Below, in pieces: positions 19,999 to 29,983 of a DNA stretch of 64,000 nucleotides (its first letter is position 1; each line of letters opens with the position of its first letter). Under the pieces are notes generated by a model, which had not been told where the DNA came from, did no database searches, and saw nothing but the letters and a program-made list of their open reading frames with translations. This DNA is from Polynucleobacter sp. Lineage in GTDB: Bacteria > Pseudomonadota > Gammaproteobacteria > Burkholderiales > Burkholderiaceae. Where the stretch lies: positions 5,450 through 69,449 of the forward strand of contig JAXIUI010000008.1 of NCBI GenBank assembly GCA_034680725.1, written 5' to 3'. Position numbers and translations under genes: made by a program.

Positions 19999-21192
19999 TT
20001 ACTTTTCGAGATAGCGCTGGGCTAATTTGACCCAGTAGCTCACACCCACTGGAATCAATGCATCATTAAAATCATAGGATGGGTTATGTAAGTGACATGG
20101 ACCCATGCCATGACCAAGGGCGCGGTGATCACCATCACCATTACCTAAAAAGACATAGCAGCCCGGCTTTTCGAGGAGCATGAAGGCAAAGTCTTCAGCA
20201 CCCATAGTGGGGTCAATCGAAGTATTCACGTTTTGCGATCCCACTAATTCACTCATAACAGCACTGGCAAACTCAACCTCTTGATCATGATTAATCAATG
20301 GTGGATAGTTGCGATCAAAAATAACTTCAGCCTGGCAATCAAATGCACTGGCAATGCTATGGGTAAGTTCTTTGAGTCGCTGCTCAATTAAATTAAGAAC
20401 CTCTAATGTGAATGTGCGTACTGTGCCGCCAATAAATGCGCTATCAGGAATCACATTACTCGTCTCACCAGCATGAAATTGCGTTACTGATAAAACTGCT
20501 GCATCAACAGGACGTTTATTGCGAGTAATAATGCTTTGCAGGGCTTGGACAAGCTGTGCTCCTGTTAAGAGGGGATCAGCACTATTGTGCGGCAAAGCAG
20601 CATGACCTCCTTTGCCGCGAATCGTAATTTCAAAAGTATTGCTTGAGGCCATCATGGGGCCTGATGTCACACCAAAATGACCTTCAGCAAGTCCAGGCCA
20701 ATTATGAAGACCAAAAACAGCATCGCATGGAAATTGTTTGAATAGCCCATCATGAATCATTTCTTGGGCGCCAGCACCACCTTCTTCGGCAGGCTGAAAA
20801 ATGAAAATCACAGTCCCTTTGAAATCTCGATGATTTGATAGGTATTGGGCGGCTCCTAGAAGCATCGCTGTATGGCCATCATGGCCACAGGCATGCATCT
20901 TCCCAGCATTTTTTGAGGCGTGTTCAAAACTGTTGTGCTCTTGAAGAGGAAGTGCATCCATATCAGCACGTAGGCCAATCATCTTCCCTGGACCTAAGTC
21001 ACCCTCTAATTTACCAACCACACCTGTTTTCCCCAAGCCACGATACACAGTAATTCCCCAGCTTGATAGTGCCTCTGCTACAAGATCGGATGTGCGATTT
21101 TCTTCGAAGCGTAATTCGGGATGTGCATGAATATTGCGTCGAATAGCTTGTATTGCGGATGCTGAGTCGATGATTTCAGGAAGTAATCGCAT
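19999..21192 (-). CDS. M20D family amidohydrolase (hippurate-hydrolase-like)
   Basis: HAHPEL, LRADMDALP, MHACGHDGH, FQPAEEG, EDF, LHNP.YDFND. Confidence 0.93.
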   Translation of the reverse strand: MRLLPEIIDSASAIQAIRRNIHAHPELRFEENRTSDLVAEALSSWGITVYRGLGKTGVVGKLEGDLGPGKMIGLRADMDALPLQEHNSFEHASKNAGKMHACGHDGHTAMLLGAAQYLSNHRDFKGTVIFIFQPAEEGGAGAQEMIHDGLFKQFPCDAVFGLHNWPGLAEGHFGVTSGPMMASSNTFEITIRGKGGHAALPHNSADPLLTGAQLVQALQSIITRNKRPVDAAVLSVTQFHAGETSNVIPDSAFIGGTVRTFTLEVLNLIEQRLKELTHSIASAFDCQAEVIFDRNYPPLINHDQEVEFASAVMSELVGSQNVNTSIDPTMGAEDFAFMLLEKPGCYVFLGNGDGDHRALGHGMGPCHLHNPSYDFNDALIPVGVSYWVKLAQRYLEK

Positions 21193-21211
21193 AGCTTCAT
21201 CTTATCCGAAA

Positions 21212-21928
21212 TTACTCAGGTAGCTTTATGTGCTGCGCAGCAAATCTCAAAGCTTCTATGGAATAAGGGGCATTTTGGGGTTTCGCCATTTGCTCTGGAA
21301 GGTAAGGGATCGCTCCAAGATAGGGCGCAAAAATCCTCTCCTTTAGGGTTTGCAGATTTGCTTGAAATAAAGGCATTTCTTCAGAAGTGGTGTTAGCAAC
21401 CCAGCCAGCGATCATGAGTTGACGTGATTGAATTGCTTCACACGTAAGAAGTGCATGATTAATGCAGCCAAGCCGCATACCAACTACCAGAATCACTGGA
21501 AAGTCGATAGCTTGTGCCAAATCCCCCAAATCTTCTAATTCATTTAAGGGCACTAAGAATCCCCCGGCACCTTCAACTACCATTGACTGAAATTGTGACT
21601 GCAGTGCTTGTTGGGCATTCAGAATGGCTGTGCAATCTAGGCGTAGACCTTGATTTTTTGCTACTAAATGAGGGGCGGCCGGCTCATCTAAGACATAGGG
21701 GCATAGAGAGATTTCTTGGGGTGCAAGACCTGAGGCAATCCGGAGTGTTTCCAAGTCTTCGTTCAGCTTATATCCGTTGGCATCCATGTACGTTCCCGCA
21801 ACGACGGGTTTAAATCCCACTACATCAACGCCCGCATCTCTCAGCTTTACTATTAGCGCACCAGCCACCAAAGTTTTACCAACCTCAGTATCAGTGCCTG
21901 TGACGAAGAAATTGATTGGCGTCTTCAA
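21212..21928 (-). CDS. bioD: Dethiobiotin synthase
   Basis: FVTGTDTEVGKT, FKPV, VEGAGG, LGCINHALLT. Confidence 0.96.
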   Translation of the reverse strand: MKTPINFFVTGTDTEVGKTLVAGALIVKLRDAGVDVVGFKPVVAGTYMDANGYKLNEDLETLRIASGLAPQEISLCPYVLDEPAAPHLVAKNQGLRLDCTAILNAQQALQSQFQSMVVEGAGGFLVPLNELEDLGDLAQAIDFPVILVVGMRLGCINHALLTCEAIQSRQLMIAGWVANTTSEEMPLFQANLQTLKERIFAPYLGAIPYLPEQMAKPQNAPYSIEALRFAAQHIKLPE

Positions 21929-23160
21929 GCGAGGTTTTCCTTGATCACTGACTGCTCAATTTCTTTTAATGTTCGAATGAGTTCGCGCAAATCATCAACA
22001 TGGTGATTTGCAGAAAAAGTAATTCGTAGGCGCGCACTACCTGCAGGAACTGTGGGTGGTCGAATGGCTGGAATCCAGTATCCCGCCTCATCTAATTGCT
22101 TTGCTGCTGCTAATGCGCTTGCATTACTCCCCAAAATAACAGGCTGAATAGGGGTGTTAGATTCTATTTTTTGCCAGCTAAGGAAATTCATTTCTGTACG
22201 CCAAATATCAATTAATTGATTTAGGCGATGACGCCGATGCACTCCTTCATCACCTTCAATCAGTTCTAAGCTTGTTAGCAGTGCGTGTGCGATTGCGGGT
22301 GGCGTTGCGGTACTGTAAATATACGGACGACCTTTTTGGATCAGCCACTCAATAAAAGGAGCGCTTGCACAAATAAATGCACCACTCACTCCGGCTGCTT
22401 TACCAAGTGTGCCAATATAAATAATTCGCTCAGAGCACACTTCTAAATGCTCAAGGATTCCATGACCTTTCTGACCAAGGACACCGAATCCATGGGCATC
22501 ATCAATCATCAGAAGGGCATCATAGGTTTGAGCAATATCAATCAACTCTTTTACGGGTGCAATATCTCCGTCCATACTGAAAACACCATCGAGCACAATT
22601 ACCTTTAGGGTGTGCCTATCTTGGCTTATTGAAGTACGTAGAGATGCTAAATCTTGATGGTCAAACACGGTTACTTTTGCCTTGGATTGTGCACTTGCTA
22701 ATTTGACGCCATCGATAATCGAAGCATGATTGAGTGCGGCAGAATAAATACATGCTTGGCCTTGATCGACGAGCCTGACTAAACTAGTAATTGCAGTGAT
22801 ATTGGCAAGATAGCCGGTGCTAAAGAAGAGCGCTCTTGCGTCTGGAATATGAGCACTTTCAAAGTTGGCCAATTTCTTTTCTAGCAGGTCATGAGCAATA
22901 CTATGACCACTAATCAAGTGAGATGCGCCACTACCAACACCATATCGTTTTGCGCCGTCGCCAAGGGCAGCAATGAGTTTGGGATGATTTGCAAGACCAA
23001 GATAGTCATTGCTACAAAAAGCCTTTAACTGTCGATGACCTATATTTGCTTTGACATCGCATGCGGTATGTATGGTGCGTAATTTACGCCGTAATAATTG
23101 AGCATCCAGATCTGCAATCTGATCATGGGCCATATTGAGTGCGTGGAAATATTTACTCAT
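21925..23160 (-). CDS. bioF: 8-amino-7-oxononanoate synthase
   Basis: FCSNDYLGLA, GSGASHLISGH, NHASIIDG, DDAHG, GTLGKA, IRPPTVP. Confidence 0.96.
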   Translation of the reverse strand: MSKYFHALNMAHDQIADLDAQLLRRKLRTIHTACDVKANIGHRQLKAFCSNDYLGLANHPKLIAALGDGAKRYGVGSGASHLISGHSIAHDLLEKKLANFESAHIPDARALFFSTGYLANITAITSLVRLVDQGQACIYSAALNHASIIDGVKLASAQSKAKVTVFDHQDLASLRTSISQDRHTLKVIVLDGVFSMDGDIAPVKELIDIAQTYDALLMIDDAHGFGVLGQKGHGILEHLEVCSERIIYIGTLGKAAGVSGAFICASAPFIEWLIQKGRPYIYSTATPPAIAHALLTSLELIEGDEGVHRRHRLNQLIDIWRTEMNFLSWQKIESNTPIQPVILGSNASALAAAKQLDEAGYWIPAIRPPTVPAGSARLRITFSANHHVDDLRELIRTLKEIEQSVIKENLA

Positions 23161-24503
23161 GCGAGGACTCGATTTAAAGCACTCTGCATAGAAGCGCCCA
23201 TCTGCATTGCTTCTTGAGCTGACAGTATGTAAGGGGGCATTACATAAATCGTATTACCTATTGGTCTTATGAGTAAACCTTCTTTAAGGCTGGCTGAAAA
23301 CATTTCACGTGCAAAGCCGGTCTGATTTTTAAGATACTCAGATTGAATATCAAAAGCAAGAATCATGCCTTGCTGTCGCCAATGCGCAATTCGAATATCT
23401 TCTTTTGCCCAAACAAATGCTTTTGCAAGATCAGCACTACGTTCAACATTCTTTTCGAGCACCTTATCTGTTTCAAATATTTCTAAGCAGGCTAGTGCAG
23501 CTGCACAGGCTAGTGGATTGCCAGTATAGGAATGTGAATGCAAGAAGCCCTGCTGTATTTGATCGCCATAAAAGGTGCGATAAATTTTATCTGTCGTCAT
23601 CGATAGAGACAGAGGCAAATATCCACCGCTGATACCTTTGGATAAGGTTAAAAAGTCTGGCCATATACCTGCGTGCTCACAAGCAAAAAACTTCCCAGAT
23701 CTTCCACATCCAACTGCAATTTCATCAGCAATTAAATGAATATCAAAGCGATCACAAAGAGCCCTTGCTAACTTTAGATACTCAGGTGAGTGCATGGCCA
23801 TTTGCCCCGCGCATTGCACTAGTGGTTCAATAATCAATGCGGCAATATTTTGGTGCTCTGTTTCAAATAGCTGCTCTAATTTTTTAGCGGCCTGCTTGGC
23901 AACATCCTCAGCACTCTCACTTGCTTGTGCTTTTCGTATATCAGGTGAGGGGACGGTAAATACATTTTGTAAAAGTGACCCATACGCTTCGCGGAAAATG
24001 GCGACATCGGTTACTGCTAGTGCGCCTAATGTTTCGCCGTGATAGCCATTTTCTAAGCAAACAAATTTTTTCTTTTGGGGTTTGTCATGGAGACGCCAAT
24101 AGTGATGACTCATTTTCAATGCAATTTCTACTGCAGAGGCACCATCAGATGCGAAAAAAACATGACCTAAGTGACCTTGAGTGAGCGCAGAGAGTTTTTC
24201 AGAAAGTTCGACTACCGGTGGATGTGTGAAGCCTGCCAGCATCACATGCTCAATTTTTTCTAGCTGTGAATTAATAGCCTTGTTGATACGAGGGTTTGAG
24301 TGTCCAAAAAGATTTGTCCACCAAGAGCTAATGCAATCGAGCAATGGATTCCCCTGCTCATCAAATAGATATGCACCCTTACCACGCGTGATGGCTATTA
24401 AAGGCAAGGACTCGTGATGCTTCATCTGAGTGCATGGATGCCAAACGGCATCTAGGCTGCGATCAACCAGGGTGGTTTGATTGGGATCAGAAATTGACTT
24501 CAT
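23157..24503 (-). CDS. bioA: Adenosylmethionine-8-amino-7-oxononanoate aminotransferase
   Basis: WHPCTQM, SSWWTN, YHGET, DEIAVG.GR, KGISGGY, HSHSYTGNP. Confidence 0.97.
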   Translation of the reverse strand: MKSISDPNQTTLVDRSLDAVWHPCTQMKHHESLPLIAITRGKGAYLFDEQGNPLLDCISSWWTNLFGHSNPRINKAINSQLEKIEHVMLAGFTHPPVVELSEKLSALTQGHLGHVFFASDGASAVEIALKMSHHYWRLHDKPQKKKFVCLENGYHGETLGALAVTDVAIFREAYGSLLQNVFTVPSPDIRKAQASESAEDVAKQAAKKLEQLFETEHQNIAALIIEPLVQCAGQMAMHSPEYLKLARALCDRFDIHLIADEIAVGCGRSGKFFACEHAGIWPDFLTLSKGISGGYLPLSLSMTTDKIYRTFYGDQIQQGFLHSHSYTGNPLACAAALACLEIFETDKVLEKNVERSADLAKAFVWAKEDIRIAHWRQQGMILAFDIQSEYLKNQTGFAREMFSASLKEGLLIRPIGNTIYVMPPYILSAQEAMQMGASMQSALNRVLA

Positions 24504-24592
24504 CTTTACTATTTGACCACTAGTTTTTCCTAATACAGGCCTGTATCTGTTATGTTTATGGCTTGAATCGATCTATTTTCTGGAATTTCACC

Positions 24593-25642
24593 ATGCAGGC
24601 CACTCAAACTACTGAAAAACCACTGACTCAATTTAAATCTAAGGCGGATTTAAATGCGGGAAAAGACTTGGGAGTTGATGTGTCCAGTGCATGGACGGTA
24701 CCTCAAATTGAAGCGCTTTTTGCCCTGCCATTTAATGAATTATTGTTTAAGGCTCAGGAAACCCATCGTGCTTACTTTCCGGATGGCGATGTTGAATTAG
24801 CTACTTTGCTATCCATTAAGACGGGTGGTTGCCCCGAGGATTGTGGCTATTGCCCCCAAGCTGCCCGCTATGACACGGACGTTAAAGCCAATAAATTAAT
24901 GGATTTAGATGAGGTTTTGGAGGCTGCTAAAGCCGCTAAAGCCGCTGGCTCGAACCGCTTTTGTATGGGCGCTGCTTGGCGTGAGCCAAAGGATCGTGAT
25001 ATTGAAAAAGTGACTGCGATGATCAAGGGTGTTAAGGCCCTTGGCCTCGAAACCTGTGCTACTTTGGGTATGTTGGAGGCTGATCAGGCGCAAGCCCTGC
25101 AAGAGGCTGGCCTAGATTTTTATAACCATAATTTAGACACAAGCGAGGATTTTTATCGTTCTGTGATCTCTACAAGGGGTTATCAGGACCGTTTAGACAC
25201 AATATCCCATGTTCGAGCCGCGGGGATGTCAGTATGTTGCGGTGGCATTGTGGGTATGGGTGAGTCACGAGAGCAGCGTGCAGCTTTCTTGGCGCGTTTA
25301 GCCAATCTCAGCCCTTATCCAGAATCAGTCCCAATTAACCATTTGGTGCCTGTGGCTGGAACGCCTTTAGCTGATCAGAAGCCCTTAGACCCCCTCGAAT
25401 TTGTGAGAACCATTGCGGTAGCCCGCATCACGATGCCGCGAGCAAGGGTGCGTTTATCGGCTGGCCGACAAGAATTGGGAAGGGCTGTTCAGGCGATGTG
25501 TTTTCAGGCTGGCGCTAACTCTATTTTTTATGGTGAGCAACTACTCACTACCGGTAATCCTGAGGCAGAACAAGACCGTGAGCTCTTGGCCGAGCTTGGT
25601 TTGAAGACAAAGCAAAGCTCCAAAGCCGAAGTATTGGTCTAA
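24593..25642 (+). CDS. bioB: Biotin synthase
   Basis: Radical [38 protein letters not shown] 24593 preferred over TTG 24563. Confidence 0.98.
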   Translation: MQATQTTEKPLTQFKSKADLNAGKDLGVDVSSAWTVPQIEALFALPFNELLFKAQETHRAYFPDGDVELATLLSIKTGGCPEDCGYCPQAARYDTDVKANKLMDLDEVLEAAKAAKAAGSNRFCMGAAWREPKDRDIEKVTAMIKGVKALGLETCATLGMLEADQAQALQEAGLDFYNHNLDTSEDFYRSVISTRGYQDRLDTISHVRAAGMSVCCGGIVGMGESREQRAAFLARLANLSPYPESVPINHLVPVAGTPLADQKPLDPLEFVRTIAVARITMPRARVRLSAGRQELGRAVQAMCFQAGANSIFYGEQLLTTGNPEAEQDRELLAELGLKTKQSSKAEVLV

Positions 25643-25656
25643 GGATTTAAGGATTT

Positions 25657-26286
25657 ATGGCGCTCATCGATCAATTCATTGTTGAATTTGATACTGCCCT
25701 GCGATCGGTAGTTGGCGGTGCCCATGCCCATCGTTTGATGCCTGGTTCAAAACTATCCTCAGTAACTGCGCTAGATCCTGCTGAGCGAGAACATGCCGCT
25801 GGACTGATGCGCGTAAACCATGTTGGTGAAGTGTGCGCGCAAGCTCTGTACCAGTCGCAAAAATTAGTGGCTCGCAACTCAGAAATAGCTCAAATGTTAG
25901 ATCATTCAGCTCAAGAAGAAATGGATCACTTGGCATGGTGTGAAACACGCCTTCAGGAGTTAGGTTCGCACACTAGTTATCTCAATCCAATTTGGTATGC
26001 TGGATCCTTTGCAATCGGCTTAGTTGCTGGCTTGGCGGGTGATCGCTGGAGTTTGGGTTTTGTTGCTGAAACAGAAAAACAAGTCGAGAATCACCTCGAA
26101 AGTCACCTCAAACAATTGCCTGAAGAAGACCATCGTTCGCGCGCAATTGTTGATCAAATGCGTATCGACGAAATTGAGCACGGTCAGGCCGCAATTTCTG
26201 CTGGTGGAAGTCCGCTCCCAGAGGCGGTAAAAAAGATAATGCAGTCCATGTCAAAAATCATGACCAGTACTGCTTACAAAATCTAG
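25657..26286 (+). CDS. coq7: Coq7-type di-iron demethoxyubiquinone hydroxylase
   Basis: MRVNHVGEVCAQALY, EE.DHL.WC, ETE.QVE.HL, DE.EH. Confidence 0.93.
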   Translation: MALIDQFIVEFDTALRSVVGGAHAHRLMPGSKLSSVTALDPAEREHAAGLMRVNHVGEVCAQALYQSQKLVARNSEIAQMLDHSAQEEMDHLAWCETRLQELGSHTSYLNPIWYAGSFAIGLVAGLAGDRWSLGFVAETEKQVENHLESHLKQLPEEDHRSRAIVDQMRIDEIEHGQAAISAGGSPLPEAVKKIMQSMSKIMTSTAYKI

Positions 26287-26321
26287 CTTTAAATCCTATT
26301 TTAAAAACATTTTATTTATAA

Positions 26322-26341
26322 TACTGTTTATTAATACAGTA
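26322..26341. promoter_or_regulatory. LexA (SOS) box, CTGT-N8-ACAG type
   Basis: TACTGTTTATTAATACAGTA closely matches TACTGTATATATATACAGTA. It overlaps a plus-strand TATAAT (26317-26322) and a minus-strand TATACT (26338-26343). Confidence 0.75.
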
Positions 26342-26500
26342 TATTTTTGGGATAATTAGCTTAATAGCTAAGACCTATTCTTAAGTATATTTTCCAAGCC
26401 CTTGTTTCAAGTAGTATTTTTATAGGTAGCATTTTGTGAACACATCACGCTAAGTGTTTGTAATCACTAGAGAATTTCCTAAAAAATTACTTAAAAACGC

Positions 26501-26552
26501 TTGACCCCCTTATTCCAATCCTCTAAAGTGGGAGGAAGTGTGAAAAAGTGGG
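26501..26552 (+). promoter_or_regulatory. mraZ/dcw promoter with MraZ-binding direct repeats
   Basis: TTGACC (26501-06), 17 bp, TAAAGT (26524-29). Three AAGTG(G/T)G repeats with 10-bp period start at 26526, 26536 and 26546, matching the known MraZ GTGGG boxes. Confidence 0.85.
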
Positions 26553-26556
26553 GTAA

Positions 26557-26988
26557 ATGGTGTTTCAAGGTGCGTCAGCTCTCAATTTAGATGCAAAAGG
26601 CCGCATGTCTGTGCCGGCGAAGCATCGTGACGCCTTGTTGGTGCAGGGTGAGGGTCGAATTACGCTGACTAAGCACCCCGATGGCTGCCTGCTTTTATTT
26701 CCGCGTCCCGAGTGGGAAACTTTTCGCGCACGCGTTGCTCAACTGCCGATGGATGCACACTGGTGGCGCCGAATTTTTTTGGGCAATGCGGCAGAAGTCG
26801 ATTTAGATAGCGCCGGAAGAATTTTGGTTAGCCCTGAGTTGCGTGCTGCTGCTGGTATTGAAAAAGAAGTGATGTTGCTCGGAATGGGAAGTCATTTGGA
26901 ATTGTGGGATGCGGCTACTTATGCTGCGAAAGAACAGGCTGCCATCGCGCAGGGTATGCCTGAAGCACTGAAACAATTCAATTTTTGA
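26557..26988 (+). CDS. mraZ: Transcriptional regulator MraZ
   Basis: LDAKGR and LDSAGR duplicated motifs; first gene of the dcw cluster. Confidence 0.97.
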   Translation: MVFQGASALNLDAKGRMSVPAKHRDALLVQGEGRITLTKHPDGCLLLFPRPEWETFRARVAQLPMDAHWWRRIFLGNAAEVDLDSAGRILVSPELRAAAGIEKEVMLLGMGSHLELWDAATYAAKEQAAIAQGMPEALKQFNF

Positions 26989-27000
26989 TGACAGGGTGCC

Positions 27001-27951
27001 ATGAACATAACTCATCGCCCAGTGTTACTGGCCGAGGCGGTGACGGCGCTGATCAGTGGACCGCTGATTACATCTTCAGACCCCTCAAAAAATATTCTCA
27101 TCATCGACGGTACTTTCGGTCGTGGTGGTCATACGCAAGCGCTACTTTCTCAATTGGGTGCAAACGCACGCATGATTTCTTTCGACAAGGATTTAGAGGC
27201 TATAGCAGTTGCGGAAAAAATCAACGACTCCCGTTTGCGAATCGTGCACGACAGTTTTGCGCAAATGGATCAGTACGCACAGCCAGAATCAGTCGATGGA
27301 ATTTTATTGGATCTGGGTATCAGCTCGCCTCAGGTAGACGAAGCGCACCGTGGGTTTTCTTTTCGCAAAGATGGCCCACTGGATATGCGCATGAATACAG
27401 ATCATGGATTAACTGCAGCGCAATGGTTGGAGCAGGCTCCGCAAGAGGAAATCACCCGCGTGATTAAGACTTATGGTGAGGAACGCTTTGCATCTCAGAT
27501 CGCTAGAGCAATCGTAGCTCAGCGGGAAGAGGGTGCATCACCCAAAACAACCTTGCAGTTAGCAAGCTTGGTTGCCAGTGTGGTGCGTACTCGTGAGATA
27601 GGGCAGGACCCCGCTACAAGAACATTTCAAGCTTTACGTATATTTATTAATCGCGAGCTAGAAGATTTAGAGATTGGTTTAAAAGCAGCTTTGACATTAT
27701 TAAAGCCAGGTGCACGCTTGGCAGTGATTAGCTTTCATTCTCTAGAAGACCGTATTGTGAAGCAATTTTTGCAAGCAAATGCCAAGGTGGACGTGCCACG
27801 TGGATTGCCTGTTCGTGACAAAGACTTGCCATTTAGCCCTCTAGAAATCATTGGTCGCGTTAAACCGAGTGATATCGAAGTTCAAGAAAATCCTCGTGCT
27901 CGCTCCGCGATTATGCGCGTTGCCCAGAAGCGCTTAGGAGCATTAGCTTGA
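27001..27951 (+). CDS. rsmH: 16S rRNA m4C1402 methyltransferase
   Basis: [48 protein letters not shown]. Confidence 0.98.
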   Translation: MNITHRPVLLAEAVTALISGPLITSSDPSKNILIIDGTFGRGGHTQALLSQLGANARMISFDKDLEAIAVAEKINDSRLRIVHDSFAQMDQYAQPESVDGILLDLGISSPQVDEAHRGFSFRKDGPLDMRMNTDHGLTAAQWLEQAPQEEITRVIKTYGEERFASQIARAIVAQREEGASPKTTLQLASLVASVVRTREIGQDPATRTFQALRIFINRELEDLEIGLKAALTLLKPGARLAVISFHSLEDRIVKQFLQANAKVDVPRGLPVRDKDLPFSPLEIIGRVKPSDIEVQENPRARSAIMRVAQKRLGALA

Positions 27952-28214
27952 ATCGCGCTACTTTGACTTTGCTTGTCTTGCTGCTAGTGTGTGCATTATC
28001 TTTAGTTGCCGCTCAGCAGCGTGCTCGAAAGCTATTTATCTCCTTAGAGCGCGCACAAATTGAAGAGCGCAAGCTTAATCAAGAATGGTTACGTCTTGAA
28101 TATGAGCAGCGGAATTTATCAAAATCTGCACGCATTCGTGATGTAGCTCGAAATCAGTTACACATGGTCCCCATTTCTCCAGATCGTACTTTGTACCTGA
28201 AGGAGGCAAGATGA
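27948..28214 (+). CDS. ftsL: Cell division protein FtsL
   Basis: TM helix plus leucine-zipper coiled coil, between rsmH and ftsI. Confidence 0.92.
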   Translation: MNRATLTLLVLLLVCALSLVAAQQRARKLFISLERAQIEERKLNQEWLRLEYEQRNLSKSARIRDVARNQLHMVPISPDRTLYLKEAR

Positions 28215-29983
28215 GGCCGGTAGGATTCTCGACTACACCAAATCTTGTGTTGCGCTTGCCAATGTGGCGGTCACGCTTGATGTTGTTTATGTTGTTCTTT
28301 GTATTCATGTTGCTATTGATTCGTGCCTTTTGGATCCAAGGCCCAGGAAATGCATTTTATGAAGCCAAAGGGGTGCGTGGTACTCAACGAGAGCTAGAGT
28401 TACCCGCCTATCGCGGAAAAATTCTCGATCGTAATGGACAAGTGATTGCTACAAGTCTTGAGGCTAAGTCCGTGATTGCTTATAACGACACTGTTCCGGA
28501 TGATTTATCAGCTGAAAAGATTCAAAAGTTAGCGAGTCTCTTGCAAATTAGCGAAGCTGAAATACGTAGAAAATTAAAAGAAGAGCGTAAGCAGGTTTTT
28601 CTGAAGCGCCAGGTTGAGCCTGCGATTGCTCAACAGATTAAACAATTAGAAATCCCTGGTATTGGACTAAATAATGAATATCGCCGCTTTTATCCAGAGG
28701 GTGAGGCGATGGCACATGTCGTTGGCTTTACCAATGTTGAGGATCGCGGTCAAGAGGGGATGGAGCTCTCTCGCGAGAAAGACTTAGCTGGACATCCAGG
28801 ACAGCGGCGAGTTGTAGTAGACCGTCTGGGTAGAGTCGTTGAAGAAATTGCTATTTTGCAACTTCCTCAAAATGGGAAAGATTTGCAGTTATCCATTGAT
28901 AGCAAGATTCAGTTCTTGGCATACAACGCTGTTAAGAATGCTGTAGAGCAACATCGCGCAAGCGCAGGTGGTGCTGTGGTTTTAGATACGCAGACTGGTG
29001 AAATATTAGCCTTAGCCAATTACCCAAGCTATAACCCCAATGATCGTAAAAAGTTAACTGGTGAGCAGCTACGCAATCGCGTGCTGACCGATACATTTGA
29101 GCCTGGCTCTACGATGAAGCCATTAACGGTTGCAATTGCCTTAGAGAAGGGCGTGGTTGCGCCAAATACCAATATGGCAATTGGCGCAAAATATTTAGTA
29201 GGTCCTAAGCCAATTACTGATACTCATCCCTATGGCAACCTAACGGTTTCACAGATTATTCAGAAATCGAGCAATATCGGCACTGCCAAAATTGCAATGA
29301 ATAATCTCTCTGCTGAGGAGATGTGGAATTTCTTCACCTCAGTTGGTTTTGGTCAAGCGCCAAAAATTGGCTTTCCTGGAGCAGTTGCAGGCACGGTGCA
29401 TCCGCATAAGAAATGGATGCCAACTGATCAAGCACGTATCGCATTTGGTTATGGTATTTCTTCATCGTTATTTCAAGTGGCACGTGCGTACACCATTTTC
29501 GCTCGTGATGGTGAATTAGTGCCTCTGACGATTGAGCGCAGCCCTGAATTTAAGCCGGGCACTCCGGTCATTTCAGCAAAAACAGCCATTGATATGCGCA
29601 GCATGATGGAGACAGTTACAGAGCCTGGCGGCACTGCGATCAAAGCTCAGGCTGAGGGATATCGAGTTGGTGGCAAAACGGGTACAGCACATAAATTAGT
29701 CGGCAAAAGTTACGCTAATAAATATCGTGCTTATTTTGCTGGCTTAGCCCCAATTAGCGCACCACGAATTGTGGTTGCCGTCATGATCGATGAGCCTACT
29801 GGTGGTAGTCATTACGGTGGCGATGTAGCAGCCCCCGTATTCTCCACGATCGTTAGTGAAACATTGCGTACTTTAAATGTTTTGCCCGACAACAATATGA
29901 AGCAAATGGTATTGCAGGATAAAAACTCCATTGACATTCAGAGTGCATCTGCAAAAGTGCAGCCGGTGGTACTCAAGAGATGA
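28211..29983 (+). CDS. ftsI: Septal peptidoglycan transpeptidase FtsI (PBP3)
   Basis: RGKILDRNG, EPGSTMK (SxxK), SSN (SxN), KTGT. Confidence 0.97.
   Translation: MRPVGFSTTPNLVLRLPMWRSRLMLFMLFFVFMLLLIRAFWIQGPGNAFYEAKGVRGTQRELELPAYRGKILDRNGQVIATSLEAKSVIAYNDTVPDDLSAEKIQKLASLLQISEAEIRRKLKEERKQVFLKRQVEPAIAQQIKQLEIPGIGLNNEYRRFYPEGEAMAHVVGFTNVEDRGQEGMELSREKDLAGHPGQRRVVVDRLGRVVEEIAILQLPQNGKDLQLSIDSKIQFLAYNAVKNAVEQHRASAGGAVVLDTQTGEILALANYPSYNPNDRKKLTGEQLRNRVLTDTFEPGSTMKPLTVAIALEKGVVAPNTNMAIGAKYLVGPKPITDTHPYGNLTVSQIIQKSSNIGTAKIAMNNLSAEEMWNFFTSVGFGQAPKIGFPGAVAGTVHPHKKWMPTDQARIAFGYGISSSLFQVARAYTIFARDGELVPLTIERSPEFKPGTPVISAKTAIDMRSMMETVTEPGGTAIKAQAEGYRVGGKTGTAHKLVGKSYANKYRAYFAGLAPISAPRIVVAVMIDEPTGGSHYGGDVAAPVFSTIVSETLRTLNVLPDNNMKQMVLQDKNSIDIQSASAKVQPVVLKR

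Noticed and set aside
24533-24546. bioA/bioB palindrome read as a LexA site
   Set aside because: The half-sites are in the wrong order (ACAG before CTGT), and neither has a partner at N8 spacing.
25640-25655. Tandem TAAGGATT duplication before coq7
   Set aside because: An 8-bp slippage-type duplication of the stop/SD region; only two copies and no sign of function.
26356-26371. TTAGCT-TAAT-AGCTAA dyad in the coq7-mraZ spacer
   Set aside because: Short and AT-rich in a very AT-rich spacer, with no U-tract; cannot be told from background.
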